NCBI GenBank assembly: GCA_018304465.1
Contig: JAGVWC010000010.1
Span: forward strand, 96,001-160,000
Source: Candidatus Iainarchaeum sp.
GTDB taxonomy: Archaea; Iainarchaeota; Iainarchaeia; Iainarchaeales; JAGVWC01
Direction of reading: 5' to 3'
DNA: 64,000 nucleotides
Shown: positions 35,162-44,226 of the stretch, piece after piece
Numbering within the stretch: position 1 is the stretch's first letter
How the letters are laid out: the number at the start of each line of letters is the position of its first letter
The notes under the pieces: generated by a model
What the model saw: the letters and a program-made list of their open reading frames with translations, nothing else
Told to the model about the DNA's origin: nothing
Databases searched by the model: none
Translations under genes and position numbers: made by a program

Positions 35162-35764
35162 TCATTTTTTGAAAAAACCGGCTTTGCGGGCGTTTTCAAC
35201 TTCGGTCATGATCGCGTCCAACACCTGCACCGGCGAAAGCCGCGTGGTGTCCAAGACCACGTGAAACGGCGACAAATCGCCAAACTCAAAACCGTATAAT
35301 TTCCGATAAATTTCCCGGGTATTCGACTCTTTTTTTTGAACCGCCAACCGCACTTCTTTAACGGGTTTTTGATCCCGCTCCGCGATTCTTCCAAGACGCG
35401 TCGCGTCTTCCACGCCGAGCCACACCTTAAAGCCTTTTTTCGACAAATACGGCATGGTCCACGAATCCATCACCACATCGCCGTCGTCAATAATCGAAAG
35501 CAACAATTGATCCAGTTTCCGATCCAAACCGCCTTGGGCCAAACGCGCCTGGTTGAATGTATCCGATTCTTTCGATTCCCAAAACCCTGTCTGCATTTTC
35601 GTTTTGTACACGTCGATATCCGAAGCATTTTTTTGCTTTAACTGGCGCAACACATCCGACGTGTGCACCACCCGCAACGAAAGTTTTTCCGAAAGCAGGT
35701 CCACCAACGTCGATTTTCCGCTGCCTGCAAGCCCACACACCAAAATCACGATTTTTTCGGACAT
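35162..35764 (-). CDS. cmk: Cytidylate kinase (archaeal type)
   Basis: GLAGSGKST, LDRKLD, KVWL, RIAERD, YRKLYGF, LDTTRLS. Confidence 0.8.
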   Translation of the reverse strand: MSEKIVILVCGLAGSGKSTLVDLLSEKLSLRVVHTSDVLRQLKQKNASDIDVYKTKMQTGFWESKESDTFNQARLAQGGLDRKLDQLLLSIIDDGDVVMDSWTMPYLSKKGFKVWLGVEDATRLGRIAERDQKPVKEVRLAVQKKESNTREIYRKLYGFEFGDLSPFHVVLDTTRLSPVQVLDAIMTEVENARKAGFFKK

Positions 35765-35829
35765 ACCAATACCACGAACAAAAAAAAATAAAAACGTTTC
35801 AATTCGAAAAAAAAGGAATATTCGCCGAT

Positions 35830-38670
35830 TCAGGGAACGTATTCGTACGCGCCGACGTCGGAAACGCTTCCGCGAGTGGAACCGGATTGATCGACCGGAA
35901 GAAGCGGGGACGCGATCCGGTCCCGCAGGACGGATGTGCCAATCGGCCGGCCGAACGAATCGATTCCCGGATCTCCGATGAAATTCGGGATACCCGGAGT
36001 GATCGTCGGTCCCCCGCCGCTGGGAACGTTGTCCGTGAACGCATACGCGTTATTGGCCCATTTGTTGAAATCGAGGTGACCCAAATCGATCAAGGGCCCA
36101 AGGAACAGATTTCCCATTCCGCTGGTGCGGCCCATCGGAAGGTTCCGGATCCAGATCAGGTCCGAATCGAAGGTATTGTTCCACCAAACGAGCTGGCTTG
36201 TCGGAATCGCCCAACTGAACAGATTGCCGTAGTTGTTTGGATTCATGTAGGATTTCCGAAAATAATTGTTCACGAACGCGGCGCCGGTGGACTGCGGGCA
36301 GGTCTCGAAGCCGTCGGTCCACATCACCTGGTACCGCGCGTTGGTGATCCGGTTGTTATAAACGATCACGTTGTCGCCGATGCTGCAGGGCGAACCGGAT
36401 CCCGGACCCCACCACTGGAGTCCGTCCGAATGATCCTCGGTCCAAAGCGTCGCGTTGATCGGCCCGTCGGACTGGTTCCACACCCGTCCACGGCCGTTCG
36501 AGCAGTCGTTGGGAAGAATCCGAATCGCGTCTTCGGATATTTTCCCGCCGACCTTGCAATTGTCCATGGACCAGGAACTTCCGGTGTAGACCCGATCGCG
36601 CGATGCCCAGTTGTAGTCGCGAAAAGCGCCTGTTTTCTCGATCACGAAATTGTGGTCGCTGGGATGACCATAAGCGGTATACGTGGCGTTGGTCAGGTCC
36701 GCTATGTTGGGATTCAAGTCATCGGCTTGCGAATTGATGATCAACGCGGTCTGCCGGAACGCGTCCGCTCCGATGCGATCGATTTTCACGTTGCGGGCCA
36801 ATTTCGCCCCTGAAACCGCGTAGTCGACCGCAAAGAAAGTCGAGTTGGTGTAATACGCCGGATTAACCACCAGATAACCCGCTTGAACGAACCGCCCCGG
36901 CCCCACGAGGTTGGAATCATCCACCCACACCTGCGCATTGGGAACATGCGCCACATAAACCGCAAAGTCGTTCGTTCCGGTGCTCTTCAAGGTGAGTCCG
37001 GTGACTTTAAGCAACCGCACCTCGGGCGTCCCCCCGTTTCCGTGCGAAAGAATCGTGGTGTCTTTCGCTCCGCTGACAGCCGTCGTGACCGTCACCCACT
37101 CGTTTGTCACCGGGATTTCCCCCGCGATTCCGCCCTTGGACATCGAGTGAATCCCTGGATTTAACCGCACGATTCCGCTGTCGGCATTGTTCCCGTTTCC
37201 TGCGGCCAGCCTCCACTTCCGGATCGAATCGATGGCTCTGCCGATGGTCTTGAACGGTTTCGCGGAATCGTTGACAGCGCCGGTCGAGTCGTTTCCGGCC
37301 AGATCCACCCAGGCCTGCGCCTGCGGCAGGGTTCCCTTCGGGTTCACGACAAAAATCAAGGCATCCAATCCGAGGTTTCCTCCCCCGGTGCTTTGATCCC
37401 GGATACCGCCGTCTTTTCCTACCACTTTCGCTTCCACGGAAATGACCCCGTCGGATGAAAATTCAGAAACGGAGAGCGAAACCCAATATTCCCACACGCC
37501 AGTCTGCGGATTCAGCGTCATGGAGGTTGCGGTCTTGGTTCCGCCGGAATACCCCTGGCCGGAAACGGCGAATTCGACTTTTTGTATCCCGGGTATTGAG
37601 AACGCGACCACGCCCAGATTCAACGTTTCGCCCGGATTGATCCGCTGAAAAGGCACCACGTCCCAGCGCGCGATCGGGACCAAGGCGGCCTGCATGCTAC
37701 AGTTAGAAATATTGAAATCCTGGCAATTCGAACCGCAGGACAGAAGACCCGATACGAATCCTTCGGTTTGGCACGTTCGGGAATCAAGATCCCATCCGTC
37801 GCACTTTTCGCCCCCTTCCTTTACATTATCACCGCAGACCGGCATGGACAACGATGCGCACAAAGAAGCGTTGAAATCCGAACAATTCGACAAACAAGAA
37901 AGCGACCCGGATTGGAATCCTCTCGATGCGCAGGTTTGATTGTTCAGATCGGAGCCGTCACATTTCTCATTTCCTTCACGAATGTTGTTTCCGCAAACCG
38001 GCGACGGATTCGAAACGCAACCGGACACGTTGAAATCGGCACAGCTTGAAACGCACGACAACGATCCTGACAAAAAGCCCTTGCTTTGGCAGGATTGCCC
38101 CGCAAGATCGCTTCCGTCGCAGGCTTCGGTCCCCTCCTTGCGGTTGTTTCCGCACACTGGATTCGGCGGGCAAGCGCCACAATCGCTTGGACAAGCGGAA
38201 CAAGACTCGTTTCTGCTGCAGTTACGATCCCCGCAAAACGGGCGGGTCACGTTGCAATCGTCGGAACAAGACGCGATGGTTTCGCCGATTCGAGCATTGC
38301 AAAAACCATCCTTGATGCACGGTCCGGACTCGATTTTGCAATCCATCGGACAATTCGAAGCGTTTTCTTTCGGATCACATTTACCGTTGTTGTTACACAT
38401 GGGCACGGGGCAGTCCTTTCGACAGGAATTGTAATTCTCCCCGATTTCTGCCTCGCATTCTCCGTTCTCGTTGCAGGCAAAACAATCCAGCAGGCAAGTG
38501 AAATAGTTCTCGCCGGTTTCGCATACCGTGTTCCCGCAGATCGGTTCGTCGGGATCAATAAAAGGCTCGCCGGAAAAAAACCAACCGGATCCCGCATAGA
38601 TCAGTAAACCTAAAATCAAAATCCCGATCAGAATCGCTACGCCCGTCGAGAAACCAAGATTTCTGAGCAT
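35830..38670 (-). CDS. 946-aa N-anchored surface protein: Cys-rich repeats plus pectin-lyase-like beta-helix head
   Basis: N-terminal TM; CGN..CE.GE repeats; GNDS......PFKTIGRAI...VRLNPG; DHSDGLQ, NVIVYNN, WNNTF; DQSGSTRG...DVGAYEY terminus. Confidence 0.8.
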   Translation of the reverse strand: MLRNLGFSTGVAILIGILILGLLIYAGSGWFFSGEPFIDPDEPICGNTVCETGENYFTCLLDCFACNENGECEAEIGENYNSCRKDCPVPMCNNNGKCDPKENASNCPMDCKIESGPCIKDGFCNARIGETIASCSDDCNVTRPFCGDRNCSRNESCSACPSDCGACPPNPVCGNNRKEGTEACDGSDLAGQSCQSKGFLSGSLSCVSSCADFNVSGCVSNPSPVCGNNIREGNEKCDGSDLNNQTCASRGFQSGSLSCLSNCSDFNASLCASLSMPVCGDNVKEGGEKCDGWDLDSRTCQTEGFVSGLLSCGSNCQDFNISNCSMQAALVPIARWDVVPFQRINPGETLNLGVVAFSIPGIQKVEFAVSGQGYSGGTKTATSMTLNPQTGVWEYWVSLSVSEFSSDGVISVEAKVVGKDGGIRDQSTGGGNLGLDALIFVVNPKGTLPQAQAWVDLAGNDSTGAVNDSAKPFKTIGRAIDSIRKWRLAAGNGNNADSGIVRLNPGIHSMSKGGIAGEIPVTNEWVTVTTAVSGAKDTTILSHGNGGTPEVRLLKVTGLTLKSTGTNDFAVYVAHVPNAQVWVDDSNLVGPGRFVQAGYLVVNPAYYTNSTFFAVDYAVSGAKLARNVKIDRIGADAFRQTALIINSQADDLNPNIADLTNATYTAYGHPSDHNFVIEKTGAFRDYNWASRDRVYTGSSWSMDNCKVGGKISEDAIRILPNDCSNGRGRVWNQSDGPINATLWTEDHSDGLQWWGPGSGSPCSIGDNVIVYNNRITNARYQVMWTDGFETCPQSTGAAFVNNYFRKSYMNPNNYGNLFSWAIPTSQLVWWNNTFDSDLIWIRNLPMGRTSGMGNLFLGPLIDLGHLDFNKWANNAYAFTDNVPSGGGPTITPGIPNFIGDPGIDSFGRPIGTSVLRDRIASPLLPVDQSGSTRGSVSDVGAYEYVP
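37698..38160 (-). repeat. Three tandem 159-bp (53-aa) Cys-rich coding repeats
   Basis: PVCG.N..EG.E.CDG.DL...C...GF.SG.LSC...C.DFN.S.C units start at 38160, 38001 and 37842. Confidence 0.9.
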
Positions 38671-38721
38671 ACCCAGATTAAGAAATCGGAATTAAAAAGG
38701 CTTTCTTCGACAGAAAGACAT

Positions 38722-39492
38722 TCATGCCACGCGCACGAGTTTGCCGGTTTTTTTGGCCTGGTGAAAACCCCACATGGTTACCGCATACCCGATTCCAAAC
38801 CAAACCACCGACAACACCAACAACGCGACCCAATCCACGGAACCCATTCCCACCGTGGACTTCAAGAGATTAAACGCATGCGTGCTTGGAAGCAACAACG
38901 CAACCGCTTGCACGGGACCCGGCAGCACCGACACGGGATAATACGCGCCTGAAATCAACACGAACACGTCCGCCATCGAAAACGAAAGCGGAAACGCCTC
39001 CGACTGAAACAAAAACAACAATCCCAACGTGATCATACCCAGCGACAAACCGAAAACAAACAAAGCCAACGCCGCGATCAGGAAAATTCCAATATCCGGA
39101 ACCACGAACCCGTACAAAAAAAACGTGAGGACATAATACATCAAAAACACGATCACGAATTTGAGAAACCCCGAAACCGCGGCGCCTGCCACCATTTCAA
39201 TCGGACGAATCGGCGTAATGAACAAATGCGTCAACGAATTCGACCAGAATTCTTCCTGATAATTATTCGCGACTTCGAATTGGGCATGATACACGGCCCG
39301 CCAACCCATGACCCCCAAAACGACCAAGGTAACGAGACGCGGATCGTTTCCCACAAACGAAACGAACAACGTCAAGGAAAACAACAAAATCAACGGCCAC
39401 ACCGTCACGTCAAACCAACGAAACGGATTCTTGAACAACAGTTTTCCGCCTTTGTACAACTGGCTGTACGCCCGCAACAAACCGCTATTCAT
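38722..39492 (-). CDS. ABC-2 type transporter permease
   Basis: Six TMs, EEFWS..L..LFITP, SGAYYPVSVLP. Confidence 0.9.
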   Translation of the reverse strand: MNSGLLRAYSQLYKGGKLLFKNPFRWFDVTVWPLILLFSLTLFVSFVGNDPRLVTLVVLGVMGWRAVYHAQFEVANNYQEEFWSNSLTHLFITPIRPIEMVAGAAVSGFLKFVIVFLMYYVLTFFLYGFVVPDIGIFLIAALALFVFGLSLGMITLGLLFLFQSEAFPLSFSMADVFVLISGAYYPVSVLPGPVQAVALLLPSTHAFNLLKSTVGMGSVDWVALLVLSVVWFGIGYAVTMWGFHQAKKTGKLVRVA

Positions 39493-40243
39493 CTTCTTCC
39501 TCTTCAAGATTTTTTTTCGTGAGTTTCAAAAACGTGTCTTCCAAAGACGCATGCGGTTTTCCGGCCATTTTTTTCAATTCCGAAACCGAACCCAGTGCCA
39601 CGATTTTTCCGTCCGAAATCAATGCGATGCGATCGCATAACTGCTCGGCTTCCGCCATGTAATGTGTCGTCAGCAACACGGTAATGCCCTGGGATTTAAG
39701 CGAACTGACCAATTCGCGAATTCGAATCGCGGTTTCAACATCCAAACCCACCGTGGGCTCGTCCATCAGCAAGAGCTTGGGCTTGGACAACAAGGCTTTC
39801 GCGATGTAAAACCGCTGGCGATAACCGCTCGAAAGCGTGTACGCCATTTGTTTTCTTTTTTCGACAAGATTCGTGACCAACAACGCTTCTTCGATCGCTT
39901 TTTCCCGGTCCTTGATCGGATACAAAAAACTGTAATAACGCAACAAGTCTTCGACCGTCAACCCATGCAGCAAACCCGCAAACCCCGTCACCAAATTCAT
40001 TTGCGGAATCACTTCGCTTCGCTGGGTTTGCACGTTTTTTCCAAACACCTCAACCGAGCCCGAATCCAATTCCAGCAAACCGCATAACGCCGAAATCAAC
40101 GTGGTTTTTCCCGCGCCGTTTGGACCCAGCAAACCGAAAATTTCTCCCGATCGAATATCCAAGGAAACGTTTTCTAACGCGCGAATGACCCGGCCATGGT
40201 CCGAAAAAGACTTGTTTGCGTTTGAAACCAAAACCGCGTTCAT
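39485..40243 (-). CDS. ABC transporter ATP-binding protein (DrrA-like)
   Basis: GPNGAGKTT, LSSGYRQR, LLMDEPTVGLD, LTTHYM. Confidence 0.95.
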   Translation of the reverse strand: MNAVLVSNANKSFSDHGRVIRALENVSLDIRSGEIFGLLGPNGAGKTTLISALCGLLELDSGSVEVFGKNVQTQRSEVIPQMNLVTGFAGLLHGLTVEDLLRYYSFLYPIKDREKAIEEALLVTNLVEKRKQMAYTLSSGYRQRFYIAKALLSKPKLLLMDEPTVGLDVETAIRIRELVSSLKSQGITVLLTTHYMAEAEQLCDRIALISDGKIVALGSVSELKKMAGKPHASLEDTFLKLTKKNLEEEEDE

Positions 40244-40294
40244 GAAAACAAAAAAGCCTCGAACAATTTAAAATAAGAACAAAAAAAAGGGATT

Positions 40295-41596
40295 TTATTT
40301 GATGTGCTTTTGTCCCCACGTATCCAACGCGGCCTGTAACTGCGGATGAAACCGCGCGTAATCCGAAAGCGAAACTTTTTCCATTGCCGCCGAAACCGCT
40401 TGTCTTGCCGCCAACGCGCCGTCATGACTGCCGTTCGGATGACCATGGATTCCGCCGCCAATCTGAATGCAAATCTCAGACCCCAACAGGTTCATGACTT
40501 CCGGAACGTTTCCGGGGTGCAGTCCGCCGCTTGAAACCGGGATCACGTCTTTCATTTTTCCCCAGTCCTGACCCAGCAACCGCAAAGACGAATTGGCTTT
40601 CACGATTTGTTTTTGCATGGCGTTTGAAATCGCGAGCACTTCGGGTTTTGTTCCCGCCAGTTTTCCGATTCCCGTTCCCACATGAATGTTATCGGCACCG
40701 ATCAAACGAGCGCTTTTGGCAATCACGTACATGGAAACCCCGTGCCGCGGATTCCGCGTAAACGCCGAATGAAACGCGCGATGACAATACAACGCAAGCC
40801 CCAAATCATCGCATTCTTTCCGCAATCCTTGAACCGCGCTCCAGCCCGCCGTTAACAAATCCACCATCACATACGGATTGCCATACTCGGCCACCACGTG
40901 GGCGCGCTGGTACAATTCTTTTCCCGGCGCCGTCACGTTCAGCAAACACGCCTTGGCTTCGCCGGTCATTTTTTCGGCTTTTTCGGCTTCTTTCATACAC
41001 CATTTCACGCGATCCGAAAACCGGTTAAACGGCTGGCTTGTGAGGTTTTCGTCGTCCTTTAACAAATCCACGCCGCCGCTCCACACGTCAAACCCGATTT
41101 TGGCGTGTTCTTTGGATGTCATTCCGATTTTTGGTTTTGGAACGCACGCAAGCAACGGCCGCTTTTTAATTTTCATTCGTTTTCGAACGCCTTTCATTCC
41201 AAACTGCGGACCCGGAAAACTATTCAAGATTTTTGCCGGCCATTTCACGTCTTCCACACGAATGTTTTCAACCGCTTTCATGCCCATAATGTTTCCGGCA
41301 ATGGCCGAATAAATCTGGGAGATGTTTCCCGCTTCGAAATTATCCAACGGATACGCGACTTGAATAAAATTGCCTTGGATATCAAACACGGTGGCCGCGA
41401 TTTTCTGCACTTGCTTTAAACCAAGCCCTTTTACTTCGGTCCAGGTTCCCACGCTGGATTCTGCCGCAACCGCGCCTGCCGCACGTTTGATAGATTCGCC
41501 TTTCATCGGTTCGATGTAAAACAAACAAACCAATTCGTCTTTGCCGGGTTTGTGGGACAAATTCACGAAATTTTCATAGACTTCTTTGAACGCCAT
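40295..41596 (-). CDS. rbcL: Form III ribulose-1,5-bisphosphate carboxylase
   Basis: AAESSVGTW, KPKIG, GGVDLLKDDE, HRAFH, HVGTGIGKL, SGGLHPG, QIGGG: complete catalytic set. Confidence 0.95.
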   Translation of the reverse strand: MAFKEVYENFVNLSHKPGKDELVCLFYIEPMKGESIKRAAGAVAAESSVGTWTEVKGLGLKQVQKIAATVFDIQGNFIQVAYPLDNFEAGNISQIYSAIAGNIMGMKAVENIRVEDVKWPAKILNSFPGPQFGMKGVRKRMKIKKRPLLACVPKPKIGMTSKEHAKIGFDVWSGGVDLLKDDENLTSQPFNRFSDRVKWCMKEAEKAEKMTGEAKACLLNVTAPGKELYQRAHVVAEYGNPYVMVDLLTAGWSAVQGLRKECDDLGLALYCHRAFHSAFTRNPRHGVSMYVIAKSARLIGADNIHVGTGIGKLAGTKPEVLAISNAMQKQIVKANSSLRLLGQDWGKMKDVIPVSSGGLHPGNVPEVMNLLGSEICIQIGGGIHGHPNGSHDGALAARQAVSAAMEKVSLSDYARFHPQLQAALDTWGQKHIK

Positions 41597-41676
41597 GCAA
41601 AAATAACACCCGCCAAAAATAAAAACGCTTCGGAAAACAAAACGCAGACCAAAAATCGCGCAGTATCCGAAAAAAA

Positions 41677-42414
41677 TCACGCGATAGAAACGAACGGAAC
41701 GCTTTGGCGTCGAACCGCGATAAACGCCTCGACGTTACGCAAAAACTTCACGCCAAAATACAGCACCAGCCACACTCCGAAAATATTATGGATATTCATC
41801 AGCGAAGAAATGCCAAACGCGAGAAAAACTGACGGAACAAACCACATTCCGTGACGCATAGCCCGCTCAGTCACGCGAGTGGATGTTCGGACGGAAGAAA
41901 CCAATTGTAAAAATGCGAGCCCAATTGCCAGCCAATCCCTTAAAATCGCCCAAAAAAAAGGAATGTAAATCAGCGAAATCAGCAAAGCCACTACAGTGCT
42001 TAATGCGGGAGATTTTATCGACTGCAAAAAACCGCCGACAAATCCCAGGGCATGCACGAATAAAAACTCGTTTAGTAAAATCAAAAACATCAGCAATTCC
42101 AGGGAACTCGGAAGAAGATTATTCGCAAAAACCGAAATCACTCCAAGCAACACCAAAAACAAACTGTACGCATGCCCCCACAACAAAAGCGGAACCGGCG
42201 TCTTTTGAATATCCGGATACTCGGCAACAGGAATCTTTGACAACCACAAACCCGCCAGGACAAAAGGCAACAGAAAAAGCCACATGAAAACCGGAAACCC
42301 CTCACCCCCATAAAAGCCCGAGGACTCCAAACCAATATTGCTTTGCCCCAAGACCGTCGCAAAGACTGAACAAAAACAAACAAAAAACACGATTTCCCGA
42401 AAACGCACAAGCAT
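41677..42414 (-). CDS. Multi-pass membrane protein
   Basis: About seven hydrophobic helices; start uncertain. Confidence 0.7.
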   Translation of the reverse strand: MLVRFREIVFFVCFCSVFATVLGQSNIGLESSGFYGGEGFPVFMWLFLLPFVLAGLWLSKIPVAEYPDIQKTPVPLLLWGHAYSLFLVLLGVISVFANNLLPSSLELLMFLILLNEFLFVHALGFVGGFLQSIKSPALSTVVALLISLIYIPFFWAILRDWLAIGLAFLQLVSSVRTSTRVTERAMRHGMWFVPSVFLAFGISSLMNIHNIFGVWLVLYFGVKFLRNVEAFIAVRRQSVPFVSIA

Positions 42415-42551
42415 CCAACACATGATTCTTTTTATGCATAAAAACGTTTGGATTTCAAAAAACCCCAAAACGGGTAATTTGGGTATTTTTAAAAGCCTTT
42501 AGGGGGCAAATAGTTCATGAAACCTTTTTCTTTTACTTTGGGGGAATTGAT

Positions 42552-43241
42552 TTGAAACTGCTTTTAGTCCGAAATGCCGAAACCTTGTGGAACAAGGAAA
42601 AACGCCTGCACGGGTACCAAGACAGCCCGATGACGGAAACCGGCCAACAACAAATGAAAACGCTTGCAAGCATCCTGGAAAACGAATCCATCGACGTGGT
42701 GTATTCAAGCGATCTCGGACGCGCGATTGACACCGCCAAACAAATCGTTTCCCATCACCAGGAGCTTGAAATCCAAAAACGCAGGGAACTACGCGAACGA
42801 AGCCACGGAATCGCCGAAGGAAAAACCCAACACGACGTATTCGAAGAATACCCCAAGCTCCAGCAAGAACGCCTCAAAAACAAATACACGTACAAGAACC
42901 CCAAAGGCGAAAGCTATATCGACGCCGAACAACGCTTGCGACCCTTTATCGAAGAACTCAAACAAAAACACTTTTCTCACACCGTGCTGCTCGTTAGCCA
43001 CGCCGGAATCAACCGCATCATCATCGGCGTACTATCCGGTTTAACCCCGGATGAAACCATGGCCATCGACCAGCCGCACGACGTTGTATACGTCATCGAC
43101 AACGCGGATACCGCGCCGGAAATTTCACGAATGAACCAAACCGGGATCGAAAAAGGAATTCTTCGACGCGAACACCTCAAGAAACCGTCTTTTGAAGAAG
43201 AAGAATCCGAAAACGTGGAACTCGAAGACGACTGGGTCTAA
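42552..43241 (+). CDS. Histidine phosphatase (phosphoglycerate mutase) family protein with RHG changed to RNA
   Basis: LVRNAET.WN, YSSDL.RA..TA, LRERS.G, P.GES, LVSHAG. Confidence 0.88.
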   Translation: MKLLLVRNAETLWNKEKRLHGYQDSPMTETGQQQMKTLASILENESIDVVYSSDLGRAIDTAKQIVSHHQELEIQKRRELRERSHGIAEGKTQHDVFEEYPKLQQERLKNKYTYKNPKGESYIDAEQRLRPFIEELKQKHFSHTVLLVSHAGINRIIIGVLSGLTPDETMAIDQPHDVVYVIDNADTAPEISRMNQTGIEKGILRREHLKKPSFEEEESENVELEDDWV

Positions 43242-43244
43242 ACC

Positions 43245-44207
43245 CTAAAACAACGGGCCCATTCCCGCGTTCACCCATTCTTCGAAAAAAAGCTCGACCA
43301 CCAAAAAAATAACGTACAACAACACCAGTCCCGCGCCTTCTTTTTTTCCGATTTGCGTCCGACTGGAAAACAACAACGCCACGAGCAAGAGCATCAGCAC
43401 CATCCACGTGCCGGTCACGATTCCAAGCACCGGTTGCACCAGACGAATCGGAGAAACAATCGCGATCAAACCGATCGTCAACAAACAATCCGCGACCACG
43501 TTGCCGAACACGTCCCCAAAACCAAGTTCTGCGTGCTCGGAACGCGCCGATTCCAACGCAAGCGAAAGTTCCGGAAGACACGTGCCGATCGCGACGATTG
43601 TTCCGACGAAAAAAACCGGCAACGCCAAGGCCACGCTCAAACCGTTCGCGGTTTCCGAAATCACCCCGCCCATCAACAGAATAATCAACAACAAAAAAAG
43701 AACCGCCAACACGTCGCTCCAAACCTCGGAACTGATCTTTTTTTCGCCATGAAGTTTCGAACCCGTTGAATGCAACACGAACCACACGTACAACAAAAAC
43801 GCGCCCACCAAAATCACGCCGTCAAAACGCGAAATCTCACCGTCAAGCAACAGCAACACGGGCAACAGAACCGCCAAAAACATCATGCGAATCAAACCCG
43901 CGGTTTCCTTGTGCAACCGCAAACTCGCCGAAGACAACGCCACCAAACCCAGCACCAAACTCAAATCCGCGACGTTTGAACCAAAAACGATTCCAAGGCC
44001 CAATTGAGAACTCTGACTCAAAGCGGACTCCAACCCGATCACAAGCTCGGGAATAATGGACACGCCGCCGACCACCAAAAAACTGATGGAAAACTCGGAC
44101 AAACCGAAATGCCGCGACAAATTCACAAGCCGGCGAATCATGCGCCGCGCGGTTTCGGACAACACCAAAAACGCGAGAAAAATCACGCCAAGTTCAACAA
44201 AAACCAT
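43245..44207 (-). CDS. Sodium:calcium antiporter (CaCA, YrbG-like)
   Basis: Two alpha repeats: SIIPEL...G...GSNV and GTCLPEL...GDVFGNV. Confidence 0.9.
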   Translation of the reverse strand: MVFVELGVIFLAFLVLSETARRMIRRLVNLSRHFGLSEFSISFLVVGGVSIIPELVIGLESALSQSSQLGLGIVFGSNVADLSLVLGLVALSSASLRLHKETAGLIRMMFLAVLLPVLLLLDGEISRFDGVILVGAFLLYVWFVLHSTGSKLHGEKKISSEVWSDVLAVLFLLLIILLMGGVISETANGLSVALALPVFFVGTIVAIGTCLPELSLALESARSEHAELGFGDVFGNVVADCLLTIGLIAIVSPIRLVQPVLGIVTGTWMVLMLLLVALLFSSRTQIGKKEGAGLVLLYVIFLVVELFFEEWVNAGMGPLF

Positions 44208-44226
44208 GGTTTCACCGAAAAAAAAA

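Noticed and set aside
35557-36813. 418-aa plus-strand ORF
   Set aside because: Antisense shadow of the GC-rich beta-helix gene and cmk; no recognisable motifs.
37698-38160. Regularly spaced repeats as a possible CRISPR array
   Set aside because: They are in-frame 159-bp degenerate coding repeats; there are no identical short repeats with unique spacers and no cas genes.
40295-41596. Calvin-cycle autotrophy
   Set aside because: Form III-type sequence with no small subunit or phosphoribulokinase in the window; nucleoside salvage is the established role.
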